Position numbers and translations under genes: made by a program. Positions 9,997-20,266 of a stretch of 64,000 bases of DNA are shown piece after piece; within the stretch, counting starts at the first letter, position 1; every line of letters begins with the position of its first letter. The stretch is from Bdellovibrionales bacterium (GTDB lineage Bacteria > Bdellovibrionota > Bdellovibrionia > Bdellovibrionales > UBA1609). The stretch lies in the NCBI GenBank assembly GCA_965203095.1, contig OZ241877.1:896001-960000 (forward strand), in the 5' to 3' direction. The notes below the pieces were generated by a model, which saw nothing but the letters and a program-made list of their open reading frames with translations, made no database searches and was not told the DNA's origin.

Positions 9997-10680
9997 ATGA
10001 AGAGAGCATTGTTTATTTTAATATTCTTGCTTTTCCAGCCTGTGAAGGGAGAATCAATTGATGAATTGGTTAAGGATGAAAAGGCTTTGGAGTCCAGTTT
10101 TCGTTTTTCAAACTCTTCTCTTCAAATTGTTCAAAAACGATGGTTAGATCGGCGATTTCTTTCTGAATTGAGTTTGGCTTTTTCCCACATTCTTAAAGGG
10201 TTTGAACATCTTAACAGCAGTTCAATATCTGCTGGCTATCGGTTTTTTTTAAATAATCACTGGAGTTTTGATCTAAAATATTCTTGGTATTTTCATTCTA
10301 TCACTTCACAGGGAGAAGACGAAATAGTCCGCTGGAACCGTATCCCTTTGGAGATGAGATACCCTAAAAAACATTCCTATATGGGAGGAATCAGCTGGTA
10401 TCCCTTATACGGGAAATCGGTTTTTTATAATCATTTAGTTTATTTTGATTTGTATTTTTCTCTTTCTATGGGTGTTATAGAGCTTATTCGTCAGGAAAAG
10501 TTCTCACCTTCTGGTTCTGTAGCTATGGGAATTGTTTTTTGGTTAAATAAAAATTTTAATGCCCGGATAGAGACCCAAGGGTTTTATTATACTTACAGCC
10601 ATTCCGACAAGGGTGGAAACCCCAGCGATATTCATGAGTATTTTTATAAAATTTATATTTCCACAGGAGTTTTGTTTTGA
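9997..10680 (+). CDS. Outer-membrane beta-barrel protein (GltA/GltB-like)
   Basis: Signal peptide; IVQKR...R..SEL and W.PLYGK...Y..L.YFDLY motifs typical of the myxobacterial/Bdellovibrio barrel family; C-terminal Phe. Confidence 0.8.
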   Translation: MKRALFILIFLLFQPVKGESIDELVKDEKALESSFRFSNSSLQIVQKRWLDRRFLSELSLAFSHILKGFEHLNSSSISAGYRFFLNNHWSFDLKYSWYFHSITSQGEDEIVRWNRIPLEMRYPKKHSYMGGISWYPLYGKSVFYNHLVYFDLYFSLSMGVIELIRQEKFSPSGSVAMGIVFWLNKNFNARIETQGFYYTYSHSDKGGNPSDIHEYFYKIYISTGVLF

Positions 10681-12188
10681 AATATTTTGTTTTGCTTTTA
10701 TTTTGCCTTTCTTTTCCTGCCCAAAGCCTCAGTGTGTTGGATATTTTAAAGGATTCAGATCACTCTCTGAATTTACGAAGGGAATTAAAAACAGATATAG
10801 CCTCTTTGTTTCCTCCCTCTAATAGGCCGGAGGCTTTTATAAAGGCTTTTGAAGCAAAAGATTTTAAACAATCTCTCAAGCTGTGGATGCAACTCAATTC
10901 ATCAAGCCCTACAGAGACAGCACTTTATGCTTATTTACTTTTTAAAAATGGGTTTGAGTTCTTATCTTTAAAAAAGCTTTTAGAAATAAATCAGCCAAAA
11001 AAAATTCATCCCATTGTTGTTGGCTTATGGGCAAGGGGTATTGATAAAAAAAAACTGTTTTGGGATCGGTTTTTTTTTCCTGTTTCGCAAAAATGGCATG
11101 GCTTTTTTCCAGCAGAAGTAATATTTAAATTTAGTTCTAAATCTTCTTTAAAATTAAACAAAGATCAGGCTTATGTTAAATCTTTATTGGCTCTTCCTTT
11201 AGATTCACAAATAGATCTTTTTCCTTTAGAGTGGTTTTTTGTTTTAAGCCTCATTCATCAAAAAGATATGGATTCAGCAACTAAGATTTTAGCTTTTTTA
11301 ATTGAAAAAACAAAAGACCAATATAAAAGAGATAAGATTCATTTAACCATAGCTCGGCTTTTAGCTCATATTGGCGAAACTACAGCGGGTTTAAATTATT
11401 ACTCGAAAATTCAAAACTCATCTTATTTTTGGCTTTTAGCTCAAGAGGAAAAAGCCTGGATTTTTATCAACAAAAAAGATCATTACAAAGCTCATCAAAC
11501 CGCTTTAGCTTTTGAATATGGCCCATTCAAAAAAGAGGCAGATCCTTATATGTTTCTTGCCTTAACTATCTCTCAACTCAAAACTTGTGATTATAAAGGG
11601 GCTGTTAGCTCCCTGTCGGATTTTAAAAATTTATTTTCAAAAAGAAAGGCAGAAATAAATAAAATTCTATCAGAAAGCTCTTATGAAGCTTTAACAAAAA
11701 AGCTTTTGGATTTTTATCATTCTAAAATTCCTTATTACAAGATAAGCTCATCTGGCCTGTTTTATCGGTTGAGAAAAGACAAATTTTTAAAAAACCATAT
11801 TTTACTCAGTCGTTATATAAGAGACAAAACTTTGCTTAGGGAAAAAGGCTTTAAGCTCCTACAAGATCAAGAAGATCAGATGATGGCTCAAATAGAAAGC
11901 CGGATTAAAAATAGAATGCAGGTTTTACTAAAAGAAGAGTTGGAAAAAATAAAATCAGTTGGACAAAAGCTCCATATTGTTGAGGCGGAGATCTTATACA
12001 GGGTTTATGGCTTTCATTCCCTTTTAGCTAAAGCTAAGACTCGGCAGGAAAAGTTAGTCTCTTTTAACTCCTCATCAGCAAACTTGATATATTTCCCCTA
12101 TAATCCTAATGAAATTTGGTTAGATGAGCTATCTTATTATCAGAGCCGGCAAAGGGGAGGTTGTCCTTCAGTAAAATACAGTTTGTAA
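10677..12188 (+). CDS. TPR protein (GltC-like)
   Basis: Signal peptide; TPR-like helices; C-terminal YFPYNPNEIWLDELSYY...C motif resembling GltC. Confidence 0.72.
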   Translation: MKYFVLLLFCLSFPAQSLSVLDILKDSDHSLNLRRELKTDIASLFPPSNRPEAFIKAFEAKDFKQSLKLWMQLNSSSPTETALYAYLLFKNGFEFLSLKKLLEINQPKKIHPIVVGLWARGIDKKKLFWDRFFFPVSQKWHGFFPAEVIFKFSSKSSLKLNKDQAYVKSLLALPLDSQIDLFPLEWFFVLSLIHQKDMDSATKILAFLIEKTKDQYKRDKIHLTIARLLAHIGETTAGLNYYSKIQNSSYFWLLAQEEKAWIFINKKDHYKAHQTALAFEYGPFKKEADPYMFLALTISQLKTCDYKGAVSSLSDFKNLFSKRKAEINKILSESSYEALTKKLLDFYHSKIPYYKISSSGLFYRLRKDKFLKNHILLSRYIRDKTLLREKGFKLLQDQEDQMMAQIESRIKNRMQVLLKEELEKIKSVGQKLHIVEAEILYRVYGFHSLLAKAKTRQEKLVSFNSSSANLIYFPYNPNEIWLDELSYYQSRQRGGCPSVKYSL

Positions 12189-12246
12189 ATAAGCTCCGCT
12201 TGTTTTTGAACAAGCAATTTAAAAGGATGTGTAAGGTTTAATAAAT

Positions 12247-13425
12247 ATGAAAATTTTTTTTATTTCTCTTTTTTTGATCTTTTTTATGATTTCTTGCGAT
12301 AGTAATAAAAAGCTAACTTCTCATTTTAAATCAAGAAAAACAGTCATTTTAAAAAAACAATCCAGCCATTTTATACAAGAGATCAGTTTTTTATTTATTA
12401 TAGATACTTCAAGCAGTATGGCTCCGTTTAACAATAAATTAGCTGAAAACATTAATTTGTTTTTAGAGCCTATTTTTACTAATTACCCTCATTATAACTA
12501 CAATTTTGCTATTACAACAATGACACCGTCTAAGTGGTTTTCTACAGGTCCTGAAGGGGCAAACTGGCCTTTGTTTTTAAAAAGCAATATAAGAGATTGT
12601 GGCGATATTGATCCTTCTTTGTTTATTCATCAAGCAAGCGATGTGGGGCGTTATTTTAGCTATTCTGTTAATGATTTACAAACCTATTCTATTGAAAACT
12701 TGGTTTGTATCTTGTCACATAATATCCAACATGCTATGGGTTTTGACAGTAGTGCTGAGTCGTTTTTTCAGTCCATTACTTACATCGTTAAAAAATCTCA
12801 TTTTGATTTTAAATCTCATTTTTTTGGGAAAGATAAACTGTTAGTTCTCTTTTTTATTTCAGATGCTTGGCAAGGTGTTGACTACAACAAAAAGCTATTA
12901 GCAGGTGTTCCCTCACCGGATAAGATAATTTCCGATGACATTCTGAATTTGCTTCAATCGGTTATGGGGAGTCGTTCTCAAAATATTCGCTCTTATGCTG
13001 TGGCTTTAGATGATAGAAGAAGAGACCAATGTGGAACTGAACGGGGAGGGAAGCTTCCCACATCTTATCCTTTTCACTTATACCGTTTTATAAAAAAAAC
13101 CAATGGTTTTAGAATTTCCTTATGTGATGCTAAATGGGGAAACCAACTGACCGATGTTTTTCATAGTGTAAGTAAGGTCTTTCATGCCTCAGATTTATAT
13201 CTTGATGAGGTCCCTAAGTTGGACACATTGGAAGTTTTTTTAAACAATAAAAAAATCCCAAAATCTGCGAAAGCGGGTTGGCGTTTTTCTCCAGAAACTT
13301 TATCTATTAAATTGGCTCCGGATTTTGACTTTATGCCTTATATACTTGATGAAAAGGGTCAATCCATTGAAACCAATGAATTTACAATCAAATACATACC
13401 TCTTAACATTGAGCTTTTATTCTAA
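12247..13425 (+). CDS. VWA-domain lipoprotein (CglB-like putative adhesin)
   Basis: Lipobox MISC; LFIIDTSSSM MIDAS (DxSxS) motif; LFFISDA; several Cys. Confidence 0.72.
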   Translation: MKIFFISLFLIFFMISCDSNKKLTSHFKSRKTVILKKQSSHFIQEISFLFIIDTSSSMAPFNNKLAENINLFLEPIFTNYPHYNYNFAITTMTPSKWFSTGPEGANWPLFLKSNIRDCGDIDPSLFIHQASDVGRYFSYSVNDLQTYSIENLVCILSHNIQHAMGFDSSAESFFQSITYIVKKSHFDFKSHFFGKDKLLVLFFISDAWQGVDYNKKLLAGVPSPDKIISDDILNLLQSVMGSRSQNIRSYAVALDDRRRDQCGTERGGKLPTSYPFHLYRFIKKTNGFRISLCDAKWGNQLTDVFHSVSKVFHASDLYLDEVPKLDTLEVFLNNKKIPKSAKAGWRFSPETLSIKLAPDFDFMPYILDEKGQSIETNEFTIKYIPLNIELLF

Positions 13426-13429
13426 ACCA

Positions 13430-13882
13430 CTATTTTTTCCAGTCTCTTTTATTCTCCTGCCATTGGCTAAAAATCTCATCTTGAATTTGATACATTTTTT
13501 TTGCAGAAGGCCCTCCTTTTTCGTGTTGATAGCCTAATAGATGCAAAAAACCATGCAGGACAAGGTAGGAAGTTTCCTCCTCCACTGTGAGTTTATGGGC
13601 TTTGGCTTGGTTAAGGATCTTTTCCCCACAAAGGGCCAATTCGCCAAAACTTTGTTTTTCTAAAGGAGCAAAACTCAAAATATCTGTTGGACAATCTTTT
13701 TTTAGAAAAGTTTTGTTGAGTTCTTGTATCTTTTTTGAGGAGACAAAAGCAATTACAAGCTTGGTTTTTTTTTCAATAGGCCAGGTCTTTTTCTTCTTTA
13801 AAGCAGATTCAAGAAAGAGTAAAAAATCTTCCAAAAATCTTTTAGATACCAGGGGATTTTCCCCAACAATTTCCAGTTTCAT
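13430..13882 (-). CDS. ybeY: rRNA maturation endoribonuclease YbeY
   Basis: PTDILSF and HGFLHLLGYQH motifs; start taken at ATG 13882 rather than 14062. Confidence 0.93.
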   Translation of the reverse strand: MKLEIVGENPLVSKRFLEDFLLFLESALKKKKTWPIEKKTKLVIAFVSSKKIQELNKTFLKKDCPTDILSFAPLEKQSFGELALCGEKILNQAKAHKLTVEEETSYLVLHGFLHLLGYQHEKGGPSAKKMYQIQDEIFSQWQENKRDWKK

Positions 13883-13894
13883 ATTTTTTATATA

Positions 13895-14058
13895 GTTGCT
13901 CGCGAAAAACTCCTGCCTAAAAATCCTCCGGATTTTTAGGCTCCCTCTGAGATTGTTATTTCCCGGAGGACTTTTTAGCTGTTTTTGTCCAAAGCCCGCC
14001 CCATGAGGGTCCAAGGTATTTCCGTCCCGAAATGGAGCGGGTCTTTGGACAAAGAAAC
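13895..14058. repeat. Palindromic intergenic element (REP/MITE-like), copy 1
   Basis: Perfect 12-bp hairpin GCCTAAAAATCC/GGATTTTTAGGC (13915-13941) and a long hairpin TTTGTCCAAAG-CCCGC...GCGGG-T-CTTTGGACAAA (13984-14053); shares blocks with 37395-37490. Confidence 0.6.
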
Positions 14059-14157
14059 TCAACTCAATTTTGTCAGCGAAATAGCGAACACATACAGGAA
14101 TGACCCCCTACTTTATATTGAATTGACTGGATTAAAAATTCAACCTATATTTTTCTT

Positions 14158-14826
14158 ATGTTTTTATTTAAAAGAAAACCTTCTAAAAAATCTTGGCTTT
14201 TTTTATTAGTAATCCTTTTCTTGATTTTATGTTTCGCCTTGATCTTTAAAATAAAACCTTTTTTAAAATGGCCATCGGCAAAGCTCAACTCCAGCACCCT
14301 TATTAAAACCTCTTCAATTAAAAGCCTTTGTCGGGAGGAAGTTTTTTTAGGCTTTCCCTCTAAAACTGCAAGCTCTTCACAAATAGACAAGCTCACAAAG
14401 CTTATGGATAGCCCTATAGAATGGGTTTTTAAAGATATTCATGAACAGATAGTTGACCTCTACTGTTTCAGGGGGAAAAAGCCTCTTGTAATAAACTTTT
14501 GGGCTACATGGTGCCCTCCCTGTGTGGAGGAGTTGCCCTCTCTTTCTGAATTGGCAAACAGACATTCTGATCAAATTTTTGTTTCAGCCATTAGTGCAGA
14601 GCCTCAACAAAACATTATTCATTTTTTAAAACAGTCTTTTCCTGCCCTCAGCCCTCATCTTAAAATTGCTCAAGTCAGTAAAGAAATTCAATTAGAGCGA
14701 TTTCCGGACGACCAACTTCCTGTCACTTATATTTTTGACAAACAGGGCTTTTTAAAAGCTAAAGAGGTGGGGGCAAGAGATTGGTCGGATAAAGAGCTTG
14801 TCCGGCAACTCCTCCATCTCCCTTAA
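14158..14826 (+). CDS. TlpA/ResA-like thiol-disulfide oxidoreductase
   Basis: N-terminal TM; INFWATWCPPCVEELP; LPVTY cis-Pro motif. Confidence 0.9.
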   Translation: MFLFKRKPSKKSWLFLLVILFLILCFALIFKIKPFLKWPSAKLNSSTLIKTSSIKSLCREEVFLGFPSKTASSSQIDKLTKLMDSPIEWVFKDIHEQIVDLYCFRGKKPLVINFWATWCPPCVEELPSLSELANRHSDQIFVSAISAEPQQNIIHFLKQSFPALSPHLKIAQVSKEIQLERFPDDQLPVTYIFDKQGFLKAKEVGARDWSDKELVRQLLHLP

Positions 14827-14843
14827 ATACCCATGAACCAAGG

Positions 14844-17594
14844 TTATAAGCGGGATATACAGTTTTTGATGATTTTCTCTTGAGTGATTTTATGAGCTTT
14901 TTCCGAACCTTCAGCACTGGCGGCCAGCTCTGGCCTTCCCTCATAATGAATTTCCAAATTTTGGCCTAAGTTTTTTAGCAAACTCTCTAAACGATCTTTT
15001 ATAAAAAACCATGCTCCTCGATTTTGAGGTTCTTCTTGAAGCCAAATAATTTTTGAAAGACAAGGGAATCCGTTTAAAGCCGGATTTAAAGCAGTATCGG
15101 GAAAAGGATAAAGTTGCTCTAAACGAAAAACTACTGCTCTCTTTTTCTTAGAGGAATTTTCTCTTTTAGAAAGTTCCGAATAAAAATCATAATACACCTT
15201 GCCACTACAGAGGACTAAAGTCTCAATATCTCTTGGGTCTTGCCCTTCTTGATCCCAAATCAATTCTTCAAATTTTCCATAAATCAGATCCTCTCGGCTG
15301 GCCATCAGTTCTTCCCTTCTTAAAAGAGATTTTGGAGTCATAATAATTAAAGGCTTTCTCTCTTCAAGAAGGACTTTTTGCCTTCTTAAGGCATGAAATA
15401 AATTGCTCCCTTTTGTGAAATTGCAAAGCCTCATGTTGTTTTGAGCACAAAGCTGTAAAAATCGCTCCATATAAGCACTGGAATGTTCCGGCCCCTGCCC
15501 CTCATAACCATGGGGCAATAGCAAGACAATATCTGTTTTTTTCAACCACTTCATTTCCCCAGAAGAAATAAATTGATCGATTATAATTTGAGCACCATTG
15601 GCAAAATCCCCAAACTGAGCTTCCCAAAGAGTTAAAAAATCAGGGGCTAAACAAGAGTTGCCATACTCAAAAGCCAAAACCGCCATTTCAGATAATGGAG
15701 AGTTATAAAGGCAAAATTCCTGATTGTTGTTTTTAGCTAACTGTTTTAAGGGCGAAAGGGTTTTGCCCGTTTCATAATCGTAATACACTGCATGGCGGTG
15801 GGAAAATGTCCCTCTCTTGGAATCTTGCCCTGTCAAGCGGACGGAAAAGCCCTCTTTTAACAAAGAACCATAAGCCACCAGCTCACATGTTGCCCAATCT
15901 AATTTGTTTTCCGACAAAGCTTGCCTTCTTTTTTGAAGGATTTTTTTAAACTTAGGATTGAGATTTATTCCTTCCGGTTCCATAGAGATAATTTTTAAAA
16001 CTTCTTCCAGTTTTTGTTTTTCAAGAGATGTGCTTTTAAGAGCTTTTTTTGTAATTTTGTCCTCATCCCCCACATAATCTTTTTTTGAAAAAGATCTTTT
16101 AGATTTTCTGAATTGCTTAAGTGCATTCTCCCAATGGCTTTCTGCTTGCTGGATCAAGCTCTCTGCCTTTTCACTGTTTAAAACATTCCCTTTAATGAGA
16201 TCTTCTTTATAATGGATTAAAAGGCTCTGGCATTTTTTGATTTTTTTTGACATTTCCGGTTGAGTAAAAGAAGGCTCATCCCCCTCATTGTGCCCATACT
16301 TCCTATAACCAATCAGATCGATAAAAACATCTGAACCCAACTCTTGACGAAAGCGACAGGCCATGTCCATAGCTTTAAGACATGAGGGCAAATCATCTGC
16401 ATTCACTAAAAGCACCGGTGCTCCAATAGCTTTAGCCATATCTGAGGCAAATAGGCTGGATCGCCCCTCAATGGGATCGGTTGTAAAACCCACTTGGTTA
16501 TTTAAAATAATATGAATAGCCCCACCCACAGTATAGCCCTTGAGTTGAGATAGTTGCAGAGTCTCACTTACAGAACCTTGCCCGCAAAAAGCGGCATCGC
16601 CATGAATGAGAACAGGCAGAACAGATTTTCTTTGTTGCGTGTCTTTATTTTTCCGCTGAAGGGCACGGCTCACCCCACAAACCACTGGGCCAATAGCCTC
16701 TAAATGACTGGGGTTATAAGCCAAATACAAAGAGCAAGGGCCACTTTTAGTCTGCCTTTGAGAGGAAAATCCCACATGGTGTTTTACATCACCAGTCCAA
16801 TCGCCCTCTTTAAAGGTTAATGACTGTTTTCCTCCATCAAATTCTGAAAAAATAGCTTGAGGATTTTGCCCCAAAATATTGACAAGAACATTAATTCGCC
16901 CTCTGTGAGGCATGCCTATTGTTAGATTTTTCATCCCCATACTGGTCCCTTTTTCTAAAAGATAATCCAACATAGGGATTAGGGCGTCTAAACCTTCTAA
17001 AGAGAATCGCTTTTTCCCAAGAAAATAAAAATGAACAAATTGTTCCCAAGTGACAGCTTGGCTCAAGCTTTTAAAAGCTTGGATCTTTTCCTCCTTAGAG
17101 AGAGAAAAATCCTTTTGCTCAAACTCATTAAAAAACCAGTTTCTGACTTGTGGAGGGCAAGCTCCTACTTGAAGAGCTAATGTCCCGCAGTATTTTTCCT
17201 CTAAAAAAAAGAGAACATCTTTTAGAGGTTTTTTTATGCCTAAAAGGCTTTCTGTAATGGCAAAACTTTGGGATAAATCTTTGTCTGTGATTTGAAAATT
17301 CTCCAAAGTGGGAAAGCCTTTGTTAGGGTTATCTCCAAGAGGATCGAGCTGGGCTTTAAGATAGCCATGATCTCTATAATGTTGAAACAACTGAAAAACC
17401 TTTAACTCTTTTTCTAAGGAGGAAAAGCTTTGTTGGCTATCCATACCGGAATGCAAGCCTTGGAAAAACCATCGCCAAGAATCCTCTACCTTTGCCGGAT
17501 CTTGCAGATAGGCTTTATAAAGCTCTTCAGAATAACTTAAGTTGGCTTGGCTTAACTGATCTTCTGCTCTATATTTTGGCATACTTGCACCCAT
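14844..17594 (-). CDS. sucA: 2-oxoglutarate dehydrogenase E1
   Basis: GMPHRGRINVL, NPSHLE, HGDAAF, YGHNEGDEP, WEAQFGDF, LPHGYEGQGPEHSS motifs. Confidence 0.97.
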   Translation of the reverse strand: MGASMPKYRAEDQLSQANLSYSEELYKAYLQDPAKVEDSWRWFFQGLHSGMDSQQSFSSLEKELKVFQLFQHYRDHGYLKAQLDPLGDNPNKGFPTLENFQITDKDLSQSFAITESLLGIKKPLKDVLFFLEEKYCGTLALQVGACPPQVRNWFFNEFEQKDFSLSKEEKIQAFKSLSQAVTWEQFVHFYFLGKKRFSLEGLDALIPMLDYLLEKGTSMGMKNLTIGMPHRGRINVLVNILGQNPQAIFSEFDGGKQSLTFKEGDWTGDVKHHVGFSSQRQTKSGPCSLYLAYNPSHLEAIGPVVCGVSRALQRKNKDTQQRKSVLPVLIHGDAAFCGQGSVSETLQLSQLKGYTVGGAIHIILNNQVGFTTDPIEGRSSLFASDMAKAIGAPVLLVNADDLPSCLKAMDMACRFRQELGSDVFIDLIGYRKYGHNEGDEPSFTQPEMSKKIKKCQSLLIHYKEDLIKGNVLNSEKAESLIQQAESHWENALKQFRKSKRSFSKKDYVGDEDKITKKALKSTSLEKQKLEEVLKIISMEPEGINLNPKFKKILQKRRQALSENKLDWATCELVAYGSLLKEGFSVRLTGQDSKRGTFSHRHAVYYDYETGKTLSPLKQLAKNNNQEFCLYNSPLSEMAVLAFEYGNSCLAPDFLTLWEAQFGDFANGAQIIIDQFISSGEMKWLKKTDIVLLLPHGYEGQGPEHSSAYMERFLQLCAQNNMRLCNFTKGSNLFHALRRQKVLLEERKPLIIMTPKSLLRREELMASREDLIYGKFEELIWDQEGQDPRDIETLVLCSGKVYYDFYSELSKRENSSKKKRAVVFRLEQLYPFPDTALNPALNGFPCLSKIIWLQEEPQNRGAWFFIKDRLESLLKNLGQNLEIHYEGRPELAASAEGSEKAHKITQEKIIKNCISRL

Positions 17595-17781
17595 TCTATT
17601 TTAGAAGTGTTTAGATTCAACAGGAATTTTTTAAAAAAGCCCTTAAAATCCTTTTCTTGAAGAGATTTTTTCCACTTCAAGGGCTGTTTTTCATGATAAA
17701 ATAGTGCTGGAATTATGGGCTGAGGGTAGCCTTTTTGCTGAATGTGCTGTATAAACAAGGCTCTAAAAACCGAACTATCAC

Positions 17782-18549
17782 ATGCTAAACAAGTGGACAC
17801 TTTTTTTTGCTCAAGTTTTTAGCCATGCCGGCTTAGTCTATTTGATTTTTGTCGGGAACTGGCAGGACTGGAGTATTTGCCTGCTGGTTTATTTTTTTAC
17901 AGGCTGTTTGGGCATGACTGTGACTTATCACAGAGGGCTTTCTCATAAAGCTTGGGCTATGCCAAAATTGTTTGAATATGTGGGCACAGTTTGTGCCAGC
18001 ATTGGCCTTACTGGAAGTGCTATATCTTGGGTGGCCATCCATCGAAAACACCATGCCTTTACAGATACAATTAAAGACCCTCATTCCCCTTCTCATAAAG
18101 GTTTTTTCTTTTGCCAATGGCTTTCTATGTTTATCCCTGTAGAGGTGAAATATGTCCCTGATCTTTTAAGGAGACCTTTTTATAAATTTCAACATAAGTT
18201 TTACTTTTTAATTAGCTTTGTTTATGCCGGGGTTCTTTTTTCTATTGATCCTTTTTTGATTGTGTCGGCTTGGCTGGCTCCGGCGACCATCCTTTGGAAT
18301 GCTGGTTCCTTTATCGTCACATTGGCTCACCTTGGAGAAAAATCTCTTGAAACAAAAAGTGGTTTATCTAAAAACAGTCCTCTTTTAGCTCTCTTGGTTT
18401 GGGGGGAGGGTTGGCATAAAAATCACCATTTAAAGCCAGAAAGCCCAAGTTTTGGAAAATATTGGTGGCAATTTGACCTCGGATATTATATAATCCTTTT
18501 GGTCGAGTTTATTGGAGGGATAAAGCCAAGGCTTAAAAAAGCGAGCTAA
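17782..18549 (+). CDS. Membrane fatty-acid desaturase (delta-9-like), copy 1
   Basis: His boxes HRGLSH, HRKHH, GEGWHKNHH; DPHSP motif; hydrophobic segments. Confidence 0.92.
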   Translation: MLNKWTLFFAQVFSHAGLVYLIFVGNWQDWSICLLVYFFTGCLGMTVTYHRGLSHKAWAMPKLFEYVGTVCASIGLTGSAISWVAIHRKHHAFTDTIKDPHSPSHKGFFFCQWLSMFIPVEVKYVPDLLRRPFYKFQHKFYFLISFVYAGVLFSIDPFLIVSAWLAPATILWNAGSFIVTLAHLGEKSLETKSGLSKNSPLLALLVWGEGWHKNHHLKPESPSFGKYWWQFDLGYYIILLVEFIGGIKPRLKKAS

Positions 18550-18663
18550 CCCTTGCTTTTTTGTGCTGGCTTTCTGTCTCGCTTAAAAAAGGCATAAGGA
18601 TCCTTATCCACTTTAAGAGAGTGGTTTTTAAAAAGGAAATGATCATAAATTGGAGTTTAAAAA

Positions 18664-19395
18664 ATGAGTCCAACATTAAAAATCAAGAGGAAAAATCGTC
18701 ATCAGTGCCCTATTTTTGCCAAGCTTAAACTTCAATTTGATATTGGAAAATTAAGAGAAGATCTTAAGTTTTTAAATAAGACAAAAACTTGGGATGGTTT
18801 AAGTAAAGAATATAATGCTCTTTGCGAAACTCATAAAAAACTCCCTCAATATTTCCTAAAAGAAGAGGAAAAGCCTGATGAAAAAGCCGGCTACTCTCAA
18901 TTAGCTGTAAGTGAGTTAGACGAGAGCTTTTGTATTTCGCCCAACAATGAAGAGGAATCCCCTTGGGCCCGGCGAATAGCTAAAAAAAATAAATTGGCGG
19001 ATGAAAGGTTTTACCGCAAGCCTGTTCCAGGGCTACCAAAATATTTCTCTTATGTATTGGATCAATTCCGTCCTTTTTTGCATCGGTCCCGGTTGGCTCG
19101 TTTAAAACCAGGGGGAGAAGTTAAACCCCATATTGATTACGACACCACTTACAGCATCCGTTTACACATCCCTATTGAAAGCAATTCTAAATGTTTTAAT
19201 GGCTGTTTTGTAAAAGGAGAAAACATTGCCCTCAACCTCCCTGCTGATGGGGGCGTTTGGTTTGTCAATCAGGGCCTAAAACACTACGCCCTTAACAATG
19301 GCGAAACCGATCGCATCCACTTAATACTGAGTGTGGATAGCCAAAAATTTATTTCTCCAGAATACTTATCAAAATCTTTGGAGATGAGGTGTTAA
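18664..19395 (+). CDS. Fe(II)/2OG oxygenase, aspartyl/asparaginyl beta-hydroxylase-like
   Basis: RSRLARLKPGGEVKPHID, RLHIPI and H.A.N.G..DRIHL motifs (HxD...H triad plus Arg). Confidence 0.85.
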   Translation: MSPTLKIKRKNRHQCPIFAKLKLQFDIGKLREDLKFLNKTKTWDGLSKEYNALCETHKKLPQYFLKEEEKPDEKAGYSQLAVSELDESFCISPNNEEESPWARRIAKKNKLADERFYRKPVPGLPKYFSYVLDQFRPFLHRSRLARLKPGGEVKPHIDYDTTYSIRLHIPIESNSKCFNGCFVKGENIALNLPADGGVWFVNQGLKHYALNNGETDRIHLILSVDSQKFISPEYLSKSLEMRC

Positions 19396-19401
19396 AAAGT
19401 C

Positions 19402-20265
19402 ATGTGGTTCTTTTTCAAAAAAACAGGGTTCCCATTCCGATGGACTAAAGCGGTTAAAATCCGAATTTTACAGTTGGTTTTTTTTGTTGTCTCTATAATG
19501 GGAATTTTAACTCTCTCTTTCCAATGGACTTTGTTGGGTCTTTTCAGTTATGTTTTTTTGGAAACTGTGGCGGGCAATATAGCTTTACATCGTTATTTTG
19601 CCCATAAAAGTTTTGAAACCTATACTTTTATTGAGCCTATTTTTAGATTCCTTTCTCATTATATTGGTTTGGGATCTGTTGTGAGCTGGGTAGCGACACA
19701 CAGATACCACCATAAACACAGTGACACGGTAAAAGACGCACATAGCCCTCACCATCAAGGCATTTTTAAAATTATATTTGGGCTTTGGAATTTGAATATA
19801 GAAAGAAAAATGATTAGAGACATTCTTCAAGACAAAAAATTACTCAAATGGCATCGTCACTATTTTAAATTTCATATTTTTATTATAGGGCTTTTTATCT
19901 CTATTGATTTTATTTTTAAAAGTCACTTTTTTTACTCTCTTTATGCTTTGCCTAATCTTCTCTGCCTTTTGAGTGGCTATGTTTTGGTAGTTATCACACA
20001 TAGCCACGGCTACCAAACTTATCCCACAGGGGATGAAAGCCGGAACAGCTGGATAGCCAACATTTACACTTTGGGCGAAGGTTGGCACAACAATCACCAT
20101 GCCCAGCCAGACAATTACCAGTCAGGGGAATTGGCCCATGAATGGGATTTGCCGGCTTTACTTATCCGATGGCTTTTTCTTAAAAAGGAGAAAGGCTTTT
20201 TAGCAGACTCCCCCTTGTCAGAGGGAGATGAAAAGTCTGTGATTAACTTAGGAAAAGTTAAATAG
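19402..20265 (+). CDS. Membrane fatty-acid desaturase, copy 2
   Basis: His boxes HRYFAH, HRYHH, GEGWHNNHH. Confidence 0.92.
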   Translation: MWFFFKKTGFPFRWTKAVKIRILQLVFFVVSIMGILTLSFQWTLLGLFSYVFLETVAGNIALHRYFAHKSFETYTFIEPIFRFLSHYIGLGSVVSWVATHRYHHKHSDTVKDAHSPHHQGIFKIIFGLWNLNIERKMIRDILQDKKLLKWHRHYFKFHIFIIGLFISIDFIFKSHFFYSLYALPNLLCLLSGYVLVVITHSHGYQTYPTGDESRNSWIANIYTLGEGWHNNHHAQPDNYQSGELAHEWDLPALLIRWLFLKKEKGFLADSPLSEGDEKSVINLGKVK

Positions 20266-20266
20266 T

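Noticed and set aside
13883..14062. 60-aa N-terminal extension of YbeY in the ORF track
   Set aside because: Runs through the palindromic intergenic element; YbeY similarity starts at Met 13882
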